NCBI GenBank assembly: GCA_965207535.1
Contig: CBDBMR010000011.1
Coordinates: forward strand, 78,276 to 142,275
DNA from: Rhodospirillales bacterium
GTDB lineage: Bacteria > Pseudomonadota > Alphaproteobacteria > Rhodospirillales > UBA2165
Length of the DNA stretch: 64,000 nucleotides
Direction of reading: 5' to 3'
This document shows positions 9,714-18,937 of the stretch, piece after piece (position 1 is the first letter of the stretch; the number at the start of each line of letters is the position of its first letter). The notes below the pieces were generated by a model that saw nothing but the letters and a program-made list of their open reading frames with translations, was not told the origin of the DNA and made no database searches. The position numbers and the translations under genes are program-made.

Positions 9714-10697
9714 ATGGAAACGCGGCAACTCGGCAACTCGGGAATCGAAATTCCGCCGTTCGGCATTGGCTGCAACCGGTTGACGGATTCCTCCGATCCC
9801 GGGCTTTTCGCGACCGTTGACGAAGCGCTCTCGCGGGGCGTCATGCATTTCGATTCCGCCGAGTCATATGGCGACGGAAAAAGCGAGGAATTCCTGGCTG
9901 CCGCGCTCAAGGGACGCCGGGACCGGGCGTTCATCGCCAGCAAGTTCGGCATGCGGCGCGGCGGCGGTAAAGCGGTCATCTGTGGAACGCCCGAATATCT
10001 GAGGGAGGCCTGCGATCTCAGCCTCGGACGGCTTCGGACCGACCGTATCGACCTCTACTACCAGCATCGCGTCGACCCGAACGTCCCGGTGGAAGAGACC
10101 TGGGGCGCCATGAAGGAACTGGTCAAAGCGGGCAAGGTTCGGAGCCTGGGGATCTCCAATCCCAGCGTGGAAGAAATCCGCCGCGCCCACGCCGTCCATC
10201 CCGTATCCGCGTTGCAGATGGAGTACTCTCTCTTCACCCGTGGGGTCGAAGACGAATTCCTGCCGCTTTGCGCGGAACTGGGTATCACCTTCGTCGCCTA
10301 TGGGCCGCTGGCCTTCGCCCTTCTGTCGGGCAAGATCACCAGCAAGGAGGACTTTCCCGAAACCGACCGTTACCGGCGAAACATGCCCCGTTTTCAGGAC
10401 GAAAACATCGGCCACAATCTGGAATTGCTGCGGACCCTCCGGGAGGTGGCCAGCGAGCTCGGCGGAACGCCCGGTCAGGTCGCCCTCAAGTGGCTGATGG
10501 ATAACCCGGTCCACGTGGTGCCGATCCCGGGATCGCGCCGCAAGGCGCATCTAGTCGAGAATGCCGAGGCCTGCGGCCTTGAACTGACCGCCGAGCAGTA
10601 TCGGCAGCTCTCAGACGCGTATCCCGCCGGTGCCGCCAAGGGAGATAATCGGCCGCAAACGGGCGCTAGGCATTCTGGGCGCGATAGAAGTCGCTGA
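9714..10697 (+). CDS. Aldo/keto reductase
   Basis: 327-aa ORF with AKR hallmarks: FDSAESYGDGKSEE, IDLYYQHRVDP, VRSLGISN, IPGSRR. Its 3' end overlaps the convergent AhpD-like gene by 32 nt. Confidence 0.85.
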   Translation: METRQLGNSGIEIPPFGIGCNRLTDSSDPGLFATVDEALSRGVMHFDSAESYGDGKSEEFLAAALKGRRDRAFIASKFGMRRGGGKAVICGTPEYLREACDLSLGRLRTDRIDLYYQHRVDPNVPVEETWGAMKELVKAGKVRSLGISNPSVEEIRRAHAVHPVSALQMEYSLFTRGVEDEFLPLCAELGITFVAYGPLAFALLSGKITSKEDFPETDRYRRNMPRFQDENIGHNLELLRTLREVASELGGTPGQVALKWLMDNPVHVVPIPGSRRKAHLVENAEACGLELTAEQYRQLSDAYPAGAAKGDNRPQTGARHSGRDRSR

Positions 10698-11775
10698 TCC
10701 CGATTTCATCCCGCATCTCGGTCGAGTCGGTGCCGCCCGCGGCTCCCTCGTAGGGAATCCCGATCGCATCGGCGAGCCGTACAAAGCCGTGGAATGCCGC
10801 GGCAATAGCCGCCGCGTCCACCGTTGCCGGCTCACCCATCAGTTCGAGCATTTTTTGCCGGTGAGCCGATGTCCCGTTCTCGTCCCGCCGCGCGACCGCC
10901 TCCGCGAAGCCCATCAGCAATTCGGCGTGCTCGATGTCGGTGTCGTGCCGGTATCCCTCCGTAATGTCGTGGAGGTCGACCTCGTTGTCGGCGGCGTTGC
11001 TGCTCTCACGGAGCATGTAGGCATGCGCCGTCGTTCAGTAGAGGCACTGATGAAGCGCCGATATCCGCGCCGCGATGATCTCGATCTGAGGCCGGCTGAT
11101 CGCACGCACGCTGTTACCGAAATCATAAACCTGCCCGCCCTCCAGATAGTGGGCGCCGGCAAGATTCCAATAGTCGCGCTTCGATTGGGGAACCATGCTG
11201 AGAGCCCGCTGGATGTAGCCGGCCGTCGGCGTGGGATACAGGGGACCGTCCTCCGGCACCTCGTCGCCCGGCTCGACGATAGGGAGCCACGCCGCCTCGC
11301 GCCGGGCGCCCGGCGGCAAATAGCGTGAGGGTTCACCGGCGGCGGGCCCGGACAGGACAGCCTCCGGAAGACCCAGGCCGAACGCGAAGGTATCCATGAT
11401 CATGGTCATGGCGATGACGCCGATCATCTCGACGAATTCGCCCTCGAGCATGCCGTCATCGATATGTCTCCGGCACCACCTCTCACTGAGCCGGCCGGGA
11501 TCGGTGACCACCCGGTGAACGATATCCACTTGCGCCGGAGTGAGATTGCCCAATGACGTATGTTCCAGGGACAGATTGTCGGGTGACAGCGCCTCCTTGA
11601 GTTCGGCGCAGGCCGGACAATTCCGGGCATTGCGGACTTCTTCGGCAATCCACACCCGCTGCTCGCCGGTGAGCCAGGTGCCGGGACGGGCAATGCAGGC
11701 GAACGCGGCCTCATGCGCACTCAACAGATCGCTCCGGATGTCATACGGGCTATCCGGGTACGGGTTACCTGCCAT
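10666..11775 (-). CDS. Two-domain carboxymuconolactone-decarboxylase/AhpD-like selenoprotein with in-frame UGA (Sec) at 11035-11037
   Basis: Track ORFs 11035..11877 and 10666..11016 share one frame, joined by TGA plus six sense codons. The read-through sequence is ...IIAARISALHQ-C-L-Y-U-TTAH-AYMLRE, the CMD/AhpD C-x-x-C-x3-H motif with Sec in place of the second Cys. An N-terminal repeat carries C-P-A-C. The start is set at MAGNPYP (11775), preceded by AAGGGGGAGAG. Confidence 0.75.
11008..11031 (-). promoter_or_regulatory. Candidate SECIS hairpin for the UGA at 11035-11037
   Basis: The mRNA reads ACGG-C-GCAUG-CCUA-CAUGC-U-CCGU, giving 4 + 5 bp with a C/U mismatch and a tetraloop. It starts 4 nt after the UGA. 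The loop has no GU, so this is only tentative. Confidence 0.3.
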
Positions 11776-11798
11776 CTCTCCCCCTTTCGTGGTCTGAA

Positions 11799-13334
11799 TC
11801 AAAGTTTGGTCCGGGAGCCGAAGCGGGCGAGGAACTTGGCCTCGGAGCCCCCGTCGTTGATCAGCGTCACCGCGCAACCCAACATCCGGTCCTTGTCGCC
11901 GGTACCGGCGCCGGGGCAGTCATCCAAACGGATTTTCGCCTGTGCCGGTTTGGGCTGATGCTTCTCGACCTGTAATGCGTGCGGCAAATCGGCCTCTTTC
12001 TTTTTACCGGGGACGAGGCGGTCGAGGAAATCCCCGCGCCGTGGATGAGGCGGCCCGTTGCCGCCGGTGATGATGATATCCGGCTCGACACCGCTTCCCT
12101 GGATCGAGCGCCCGCTCGGCAAATAGTAGAGCGCCGTGGTCAGGCGCAGCGCCCCGTCCCAGTCCAGCGGCGTGATCGTCTGAACCGATCCCTTGCCGAA
12201 GGAGCGTGCGCCGATCACCGTCGCCCGGTTTTGATCCTGCAGGGCGCCCGCGAGGATTTCGGACGCCGAGGCGGACCCGCGGTTGATCAGCACGACGATG
12301 GGCAGTCCGTCGGCGAGATCGCCGGTTTCGGCGTTGAAGGCGCGGCCATTGCCGTCCCGGTCCCGTACCGAAACGATATCGCCCCGGTCGAGGAAGGAAT
12401 CCGTCACCGCCACCGACTGACTCAGCAGGCCGCCGGGATTATTTCGGAGGTCCAGAACGAAGCCCCGCAGCTTGCCGCCGAGTTTGCGGCGTATCGCACT
12501 GACGGCGCGGCGCATTTCGTCATCGGCCCGCTGATTGAAACTGACGATGCGGATGACCCCGACATCGCCCTCGATGCTCCACTTGATCGGCCGGACCCGG
12601 ATGATTGCCCGGGTTACCGTGACGTCGAATTCCCCGGCACCCGCCCGCCGGATGGTCAGCCGCACATCGGTCTTGGGCTTGCCCCGCAACAGGCGGACCG
12701 CCTCGATCAACGACATCCCTTTGATTCCGGTGCCATCAACATGGGTGATCAGATCGCCTGATTTGATGCCCGCGCGGCTCGCCGGCGTATCCTCGATGGG
12801 GGCGATCACCTTGACGAACCCGTCCTCCATGTTGACCTCGATGCCCAGACCGCCGAATTCGCCGCGGGTGGTCACCTGGCTCTCACGGAATTCGTCGGGG
12901 TTCAGATACGAGGAATGGGGATCCAGATTGGTCAGCATGCCGTCGAGGGCGGCTTCGGTGACTTGGGCCGCGGTGAATGTCCCGGGCTTGCCCTCGAGCT
13001 TCTTGACGCCGTCCACGGCGGCCTTGATCAGCACGGCATCATCGATGGACTGCACATACTCCTGACGGACCCGCAGATAAGCATCACGGAAATGGCGCAA
13101 CTGCTGGTTACGCGAGGAATCCCGTTTGGCGTACTGGTCGAAGAGCTGGCGGAAGGTCTCGACGCTCTCGGCCGATTTCTCGTCGGCGGTAAACGCGTTG
13201 GTGAATCCGCCGAAGACCCGGGCAACCTCGGTGCCGCCGCTCGCGCAAGCCGTCAATCCACCGGCGCCGGCGAGCACAACGGCGACGGCTACGATGGCCA
13301 ATCGGGTCGATCGGGACCTCACGGTTTGCTTCAT
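11799..13334 (-). CDS. S41-family carboxy-terminal processing peptidase
   Basis: Has a signal/anchor N-terminus, a PDZ region (GGLGIEV...IEDTPASRAGIKSGDLITHVDG) and a catalytic region (DLRNNPGGLL, GSASASEILAGALQD). Confidence 0.85.
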   Translation of the reverse strand: MKQTVRSRSTRLAIVAVAVVLAGAGGLTACASGGTEVARVFGGFTNAFTADEKSAESVETFRQLFDQYAKRDSSRNQQLRHFRDAYLRVRQEYVQSIDDAVLIKAAVDGVKKLEGKPGTFTAAQVTEAALDGMLTNLDPHSSYLNPDEFRESQVTTRGEFGGLGIEVNMEDGFVKVIAPIEDTPASRAGIKSGDLITHVDGTGIKGMSLIEAVRLLRGKPKTDVRLTIRRAGAGEFDVTVTRAIIRVRPIKWSIEGDVGVIRIVSFNQRADDEMRRAVSAIRRKLGGKLRGFVLDLRNNPGGLLSQSVAVTDSFLDRGDIVSVRDRDGNGRAFNAETGDLADGLPIVVLINRGSASASEILAGALQDQNRATVIGARSFGKGSVQTITPLDWDGALRLTTALYYLPSGRSIQGSGVEPDIIITGGNGPPHPRRGDFLDRLVPGKKKEADLPHALQVEKHQPKPAQAKIRLDDCPGAGTGDKDRMLGCAVTLINDGGSEAKFLARFGSRTKL

Positions 13335-13493
13335 ACTTAATACTTACTCCCGTTTCTCAGCCATTCGCGTTGATCCGCCGGACAGGCTCTTCGAGAATTC
13401 GCGGAAATATATACTTCCGGGAACAGCGCATGGACCATAAACCCGTTCCCCGGAAATATAATCTCTTCGTCCCGCAAATCCAGAACGATCGGG

Positions 13494-14627
13494 TTATTGC
13501 GAACCGTCGGACACCGGCGAATTTCCCCGGCGAATCCCTCCCGGCGGCTCTCGCGAAGGCCTGCCATACCAGACCACGAGCATGGCGGCCGTCAGCAGCA
13601 CGAGCGCGAATGCCTGATGGATCGCGGCAAGGGAGACGGGCACCACCAGCAGCAATGTCGAGACGCCCAATACGACCTGCAGGAGACCGACGCCGGCCAA
13701 CAGGTGAAACCGGGTCATTTCAGGGGGCGACAACCGGGCCCGCAAGGCCAATGCCCAGGTGACCGCGATCAGCAGCAGCGCGCCGATCGCCAGCACCCGG
13801 TGGTCGAACTGCACCGTCGTCACGTTCTCGAAGAAGTTGCGCCACGCCGGATCCTGAAGGAACAGCCCGTCGGGTATCCATTTGCCGTCCATCAGCGGAA
13901 ACGTGTTGTAGGTCTTCCCGGCGTTGAGACCGGCGACAAATCCGCCCGACAACATGGTGGCGAAGACCCATCCGAGAATGACCGCCGACAGGCGCCGGAG
14001 GTGCATGGGAAGGGCCCGCCGCGCGCCCTGCTCCACCGCCAGATCGAGCGCGGTCCAGAACATGGCGGCGTAGATGGCGATGGCCAGTCCGAGATGAGCG
14101 GTCAGCCGGTACGGGCTGACATCGGGATCGTCCACCAGACCGCTCTTGACCATGAACCAGCCCAAAACGCCTTGCGCCCCGCCGAGCACGAAGAACAATA
14201 CCAGCCGCCAGGCGAGGGGCCGGTCGACCCGGCGTTTGACCAGGAAGTAGAGAAACGGCACCGCGAAAGCGATACCGAGCAAGCGGCCCCAAAGCCGGTG
14301 AACGTATTCGAGCCAAAAAATGCCCTTGAAGCCTTCAACATCCATATGGGTGTTGATCTTCAGGAATTCCGGCGTCTGTTTGTAGGCCTCGAAAAGGGCG
14401 AGCCAAGCCGCGTCGCTCATCGGCGGCAGCCAGCCCGTTACCGGACGCCAGTCGACGATGGAGAGCCCCGATTCGGTCAACCGGGTTACGCCGCCGATGA
14501 CCACCATGACGAAGACCATCCCGCACATGGCAAAAAGCCAGTAGCCGATCAGTTTCCGGCCTCGGGCCAGATCGGCCGACCTTGCCGCATCCGCGGCCCA
14601 TTGGGCGGTCTTTCCTGCCGCTGTCAC
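13494..14627 (-). CDS. ctaA: Heme A synthase (COX15/CtaA family)
   Basis: Polytopic membrane ORF with GGVTRLTESGLSIVDW...EYVHRLWGR and a second His-containing half, typical of COX15/CtaA. Confidence 0.85.
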   Translation of the reverse strand: MTAAGKTAQWAADAARSADLARGRKLIGYWLFAMCGMVFVMVVIGGVTRLTESGLSIVDWRPVTGWLPPMSDAAWLALFEAYKQTPEFLKINTHMDVEGFKGIFWLEYVHRLWGRLLGIAFAVPFLYFLVKRRVDRPLAWRLVLFFVLGGAQGVLGWFMVKSGLVDDPDVSPYRLTAHLGLAIAIYAAMFWTALDLAVEQGARRALPMHLRRLSAVILGWVFATMLSGGFVAGLNAGKTYNTFPLMDGKWIPDGLFLQDPAWRNFFENVTTVQFDHRVLAIGALLLIAVTWALALRARLSPPEMTRFHLLAGVGLLQVVLGVSTLLLVVPVSLAAIHQAFALVLLTAAMLVVWYGRPSREPPGGIRRGNSPVSDGSQ

Positions 14628-14746
14628 GTCACCTCCAATTCAAGCCCGGCCACGTTTTATCCGGCGGACGCCGGTTGGTCGAGACCCGCGGCGATGCCGT
14701 CGGCTGCTTCCTCCTCGAACGTGACCGGAAGCTCCCTAGATCGGGT

Positions 14747-14786
14747 CATGTTTTGACGGAACCACGGCGGGTTTCGTCAAAACATG
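14747..14786. repeat. 12-bp perfect inverted repeat (CATGTTTTGACG / CGTCAAAACATG) with 16-nt spacer
   Basis: Read directly from the sequence, in the divergent ctaA / VOC intergenic region. Confidence 0.7.
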
Positions 14787-14810
14787 TGAATCCGATCTAT
14801 TTCAATAGTG

Positions 14811-14874
14811 TAGAGCCGATTCACATGGATTGTCGGCATCGCAAAGCGATTCCGACAAACCATGATCGGCTCTA
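14811..14874. repeat. 64-nt nested palindrome / extended hairpin
   Basis: TAGAGCCGAT-tca-CATGG-a-TTGTCGG-c-ATCGC-aaa-GCGAT-t-CCGACAA-a-CCATG-ATCGGCTCTA. That is 27 paired positions, 65 nt upstream of the VOC gene start. Confidence 0.7.
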
Positions 14875-14938
14875 GGGTAGACACGGCATGCCCGCTGGAA
14901 CAAACTGCCGAAAAGCAACGGTACGGGGTAGCCGGGAC

Positions 14939-15322
14939 ATGAAAATTTCATTACTGGATCACGTGAATATCGAAGCGGTCGACGTGGACTTGTCGGCCAA
15001 ATTCTATGAAGACGTACTGGGCCTGAAATCGGGGGAGCGGCCGCCGTTCGACCGGCCGGGCCATTGGATGTACTGCGGCGACCGGCCCATCATCCACATC
15101 ATCTCGCCGTTGCCCGACAACAAGCTGCTCACCGGCTCCAAGGATGCCGCCATCTCGCATTTTTCAATGCAAATCGAGGACTTTGACGCAGCCAAAAAGC
15201 GCCTGGACGATTTCAACGTCGAGTATGAGGAAACCAACGTGCCCGATACCGAACTCCGGCAGCTGTTCTTTCCCGATCCCGATGGCGTTCTGATCGAACT
15301 TCTCTACAACCCGAACCGCTGA
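14939..15322 (+). CDS. VOC (glyoxalase/bleomycin resistance/dioxygenase) family protein
   Basis: MKISLLDHVNIEAVDVDLSAKFYEDVLGL... is typical of VOC-fold proteins. The start is trimmed to the Met at 14939. Confidence 0.7.
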   Translation: MKISLLDHVNIEAVDVDLSAKFYEDVLGLKSGERPPFDRPGHWMYCGDRPIIHIISPLPDNKLLTGSKDAAISHFSMQIEDFDAAKKRLDDFNVEYEETNVPDTELRQLFFPDPDGVLIELLYNPNR

Positions 15323-15332
15323 TCCACTAGCC

Positions 15333-15815
15333 TTAAAGCGGGATAGCGAGCAGAGTGTCCACCCGTTCACTGTCCATGATCACGACCTTCTCGGCGAACA
15401 ACGGTTGGTCGCCCGAGATATCTATACGGTCCCGGTAGATGCCGGTGGCGAAGACGGAGGTCTCGCCGTCCTGCATGATGCGCGCCACAAGAAATGACGT
15501 CGAAGCATCGATCAACGTGCCGTTGATTTGCTCGATCAGACTGGCGCCGACGATATGCCGGTAACCGTGCGGCTCATAGACGCTGACATTCTCGACGGCG
15601 TTGACGCGGTCCCTGAGCATGCCCCGGGAATCGGCGAATATCAGCGCGTTCTCATATCCCGCCCGGTCATCGGCGCGGTGGGTCACCCGATAGATACAGG
15701 GATCGGTAAAAAATTCGGGCCACGCACCCAAGTCACCGTCATCCAGACAGCGGACGTAGCGGGCAAGCAGGTCGTCCGCCAGCAATTTGGCCTGCAACGG
15801 TTCCGGTGAACTCAC
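15333..15815 (-). CDS. Aromatic ring-hydroxylating dioxygenase beta subunit
   Basis: 160-aa NTF2-like ORF immediately downstream of the Rieske alpha subunit. The sequence pattern (YVRCLDDGDL..W.EFFT, YRDR) fits the family. Confidence 0.8.
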   Translation of the reverse strand: MSSPEPLQAKLLADDLLARYVRCLDDGDLGAWPEFFTDPCIYRVTHRADDRAGYENALIFADSRGMLRDRVNAVENVSVYEPHGYRHIVGASLIEQINGTLIDASTSFLVARIMQDGETSVFATGIYRDRIDISGDQPLFAEKVVIMDSERVDTLLAIPL

Positions 15816-15818
15816 GCC

Positions 15819-17069
15819 TCAAACGCCCATCAGGCCGCGGTACATTTTCCAGAACCCCCGGACGGATGTTTCGGTGGCGCGGTAGTCGACCGTCGCCACA
15901 TCGTCGCCACCCATCCGCACAACGCCTGAATCCTCTTCGACGCCGCGGATCGCGCGCTGCACGAACCCGCCGATGGCCCCGTCCTCCAGGGAAATATACC
16001 CGGACGGGCCAACCAGATTGTTCACCTTCACCCGCGTGCGGGTCATCTCTTCACTGTCTCCCTCGAAGCCGACGAAATTCCAGTTGAGATCCGTCCGGTC
16101 GACCGCGGTGGGCAGTATCTGACGTACGGCGATGGAGTTCTGGATGACCTGGATGACCAGGGACGGGAACACGCTCTGGATTTGAACGGTGATGCCGTCT
16201 TCCCATTCGTCGATGGAAGCCAGAAGCGAGGGATCATTGAGCGAAAACCCTTCGCCGGTAGAGCGGATTTCCTGCGACTCATAATCCTGGTTGCCGCGCT
16301 CGGCGTCCATCTTCGAATAGCTCACGTGATGCGCCCCGCTTTCACTCACGATTATCCCGCCTTCGTGTCCGAGACGGTTGAGCCGAAAGCGGGTGAAAAA
16401 CAAATGCAGGATCGTCGCGTGGTAGACGTCCTTCACGTTCTCCAGATAGAGTTTCCAGTTGTTGTGCATGACCTGGGTCGAGCGGCCGATCAGCTTCAGC
16501 GGCGCCTTGCCCAAGGCACGCTTGATGAACCGTACGGATTCCGGCCCGAGGTAGGTTTCGATGTCGGGGACCTTGGGATCGAAGGAACCGAAAACCAGCC
16601 CGCAGAACTCGGTCACCTCGATCGGCCGCAAACCGTGCCGGGACTTGTCGAAATCGTCTGGCATGCCGCCCCGGCCGTCCGCACCGTCCTCGAACGCCAC
16701 GTTTCGGAGGTTGCCCTCGAGGTCATAGGACCAAGCGTGATAGATACAAGTCAGGCGTTTGACGCTGCCCTGCGGCTCCAGGCACAGCAGCGCGCCGCGA
16801 TGGGAGCAGCGATTGAGGAAACCGCGAAGCACGCCGTCCTCGCCGCGAACCACGAAAACCGGCGTCTCGCCGATTTTGGTGGCTTTGTAATCCCCGTTCT
16901 TGGGCAGTTCGGCCGCCAGGCAGAGGAAATTCCACACCGGGCCCTTGTAGATATTCCGAAGCTCCGCCTCATAATTGGCGGTATCCGAGTAGACCCAGAA
17001 CGGTATGTGTGAATAGTCGCCGTCGCGCCAAGCCGGGCGCGCCTTCAGTTCCAGGTCGAAGCCTTCCAT
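15819..17069 (-). CDS. Rieske [2Fe-2S] aromatic ring-hydroxylating dioxygenase alpha subunit
   Basis: Rieske motif CSHRGALLC...CIYHAWSY, followed by a catalytic domain with mononuclear-iron His residues (NWKLYLENVKDVYH..LH). Confidence 0.85.
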   Translation of the reverse strand: MEGFDLELKARPAWRDGDYSHIPFWVYSDTANYEAELRNIYKGPVWNFLCLAAELPKNGDYKATKIGETPVFVVRGEDGVLRGFLNRCSHRGALLCLEPQGSVKRLTCIYHAWSYDLEGNLRNVAFEDGADGRGGMPDDFDKSRHGLRPIEVTEFCGLVFGSFDPKVPDIETYLGPESVRFIKRALGKAPLKLIGRSTQVMHNNWKLYLENVKDVYHATILHLFFTRFRLNRLGHEGGIIVSESGAHHVSYSKMDAERGNQDYESQEIRSTGEGFSLNDPSLLASIDEWEDGITVQIQSVFPSLVIQVIQNSIAVRQILPTAVDRTDLNWNFVGFEGDSEEMTRTRVKVNNLVGPSGYISLEDGAIGGFVQRAIRGVEEDSGVVRMGGDDVATVDYRATETSVRGFWKMYRGLMGV

Positions 17070-17237
17070 TTCCCGTCCCTTCGATGCGGAAGTTCAGCGA
17101 GAGTAGCGTTTTTGCGGGTATCGTTGCAATTGCATCTACCCAACCGAGGCCGTGTCCGTTAACATCCCATCGTTAGGATAATAGCCGGCAGGTCAAAAAT
17201 TGTCCTGCCAAGACGTAGAACTGGGAGGAATCCGGAA

Positions 17238-18791
17238 ATGAAATTCGCACGTTACGCGTTGTCCGCAGGGGCAGCGGTACTTCTCGCGACGACCGCGGAT
17301 CCCGCCGCGGCGCAAAAATCCAAGGACACGCTGAGGGTCGCTGGGTTGCAGCCCGTTCGGGTGGTCGACGCGGTGTTCGATCCGAACCCGCAGACCAACC
17401 TGTTGGACCGGATGGTCTTCGACACGCTGGTCTACTACGACGTCGAGGCGCGCAAGGTGGTGCCGCTGTTGGCCGAATCGTATACCCGCGTCGATCCACT
17501 GACCATCGAGTACAAGCTCCGCAAGGGGCTCAAATTTCACAATGGCATGCCGGTGACCGCCGACGACGTGGTGTACACCTTCGACTTCGTCAAGGACCCC
17601 AAGGTCAACTTCCGGTTCAAGGGCACCCGCTATGGGGTCTACAACAAGGCGGTAAAGGTGGACGATCACACGGTGCGGATTTCCACCAAGGCGCCGTACG
17701 CGCCGTTCGAATCGCGAATAATGTCGCTGCCGATTTTCCCCAAAGCCGTTCACAGCAAGCTTGAGGATCGCAGCAAGTTTGGCCTCAAGCCCATCGGGAC
17801 GGGCCCGTACATGGCCACACAGGTCGACGCGACCGCAGGCGTGGTGCTGGAAAAGAACCCGAATTTCAAGCTCGCCGCGAAGGGCTCGAAATCACCGGCG
17901 AAAATCGGCCGCGTCGAATTCAAGACCATCGGCAACAAACAGACCCAGATCGCCCGGCTGATCGCCGGTGAGCAGGACCTGGTCTACCAGATCACCAAGG
18001 ATCAGGCCGAGAACCTCTCCAAGATGCCGAACCTGCAGGTCACCGTCGGGAGCACCATCCAGTTCATCTATTTCATGGTGGATGCCGCCGACCGGTCGAA
18101 GATCGGCATCTTCAAGGACAAGCGGGTGCGGGAGGCATTGATGCATGCCATCGATCGCCGGGGGCTGGCCAAGGCGCTGGTGCCGGAACCGGTCGCCAGC
18201 GAGCCGTTGCAAATCTCCATGTGTCATGAATGGCATACCGGCTGCAAGGCCACCAAGTCGCCGCCGGCTTACGATCCCGCACGGGCGAAGGCCCTGCTCA
18301 AGGAAGCGGGCGTCGACCCCAACTTCTCCCTGGCGCTCACGACGTGGGGTCCGTCGCGCCCAACCGCCGAGGCGGTTGCCGGCCAGCTGCGCAAGCTGGG
18401 GATCAAGGCGACGGTGGACAACAACGCCATCGGCGGCTTCGTGAAGAAGCGCGCCCAGGGCAAGGTTCAGGCCTTCGTCAGCCTGTGGGACAACGGCGGC
18501 GGTCAAGCCGACGTGGTCTCCACCTCGGGATTCTTCTATTTGCCGGGCTCGCGGAACTACAACGGCGACAAGCAGCTTGCGGCGTGGCACAAGCAGGGCC
18601 AGACCGAACTGGATCTCGCCAAGCGCGAGGCCATTTACCAGAAGCTGTTCGACCGGGTCACCGAGGAGCGCTACTCCATGCCGATCGTACCGATCGCCTC
18701 CGCGGTGGCGCATACCAAGGAGGTCAAGCTGCCGACCTGCTGTCACCGTAAGCCCGAAGGCTTCCTGTTCAATTTGATCGAGTGGAACTGA
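17238..18791 (+). CDS. ABC transporter substrate-binding protein (family 5, peptide/nickel/opine type)
   Basis: 517 aa with a signal peptide (MKFARYALSAGAAVLLATTADPAAA). Length and composition are typical of SBP family 5. No permease or ATPase genes are adjacent. Confidence 0.8.
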   Translation: MKFARYALSAGAAVLLATTADPAAAQKSKDTLRVAGLQPVRVVDAVFDPNPQTNLLDRMVFDTLVYYDVEARKVVPLLAESYTRVDPLTIEYKLRKGLKFHNGMPVTADDVVYTFDFVKDPKVNFRFKGTRYGVYNKAVKVDDHTVRISTKAPYAPFESRIMSLPIFPKAVHSKLEDRSKFGLKPIGTGPYMATQVDATAGVVLEKNPNFKLAAKGSKSPAKIGRVEFKTIGNKQTQIARLIAGEQDLVYQITKDQAENLSKMPNLQVTVGSTIQFIYFMVDAADRSKIGIFKDKRVREALMHAIDRRGLAKALVPEPVASEPLQISMCHEWHTGCKATKSPPAYDPARAKALLKEAGVDPNFSLALTTWGPSRPTAEAVAGQLRKLGIKATVDNNAIGGFVKKRAQGKVQAFVSLWDNGGGQADVVSTSGFFYLPGSRNYNGDKQLAAWHKQGQTELDLAKREAIYQKLFDRVTEERYSMPIVPIASAVAHTKEVKLPTCCHRKPEGFLFNLIEWN

Positions 18792-18811
18792 CCACTCGGT
18801 TGGTCGTTTAT

Positions 18812-18839
18812 GGGGCCGCCGAAAGGCGGCCCTTTTTTT
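18812..18839 (+). terminator. Rho-independent terminator
   Basis: GGGCCGCC-GAAA-GGCGGCCC followed by TTTTTTT, 20 nt after the SBP stop codon. Confidence 0.75.
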
Positions 18840-18937
18840 GCCGCTCCGCCGCAACATGAGATGCCTCGCCGCCCGGTAATCGCCTGCGGCGTGCGTGAAC
18901 GCCCGGCCGGCGCTAAGATGCCGTGCGGGAGAGTTCA

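Noticed and set aside
13421-13435. GAAC-N7-GGAC near-match to the alphaproteobacterial LexA box upstream of the S41 protease
   Set aside because: There is one mismatch in the core tetranucleotide, and the downstream gene is not a known SOS gene. It is more likely part of the local palindrome.
15816-15821. In-frame TGA between the Rieske dioxygenase alpha and beta subunit ORFs (same frame), considered as a possible fourth Sec codon
   Set aside because: Alpha and beta subunits are always separate polypeptides. The TGA is at the natural C-terminus of the alpha subunit and not at a Cys position, so it is an ordinary stop with close translational coupling.
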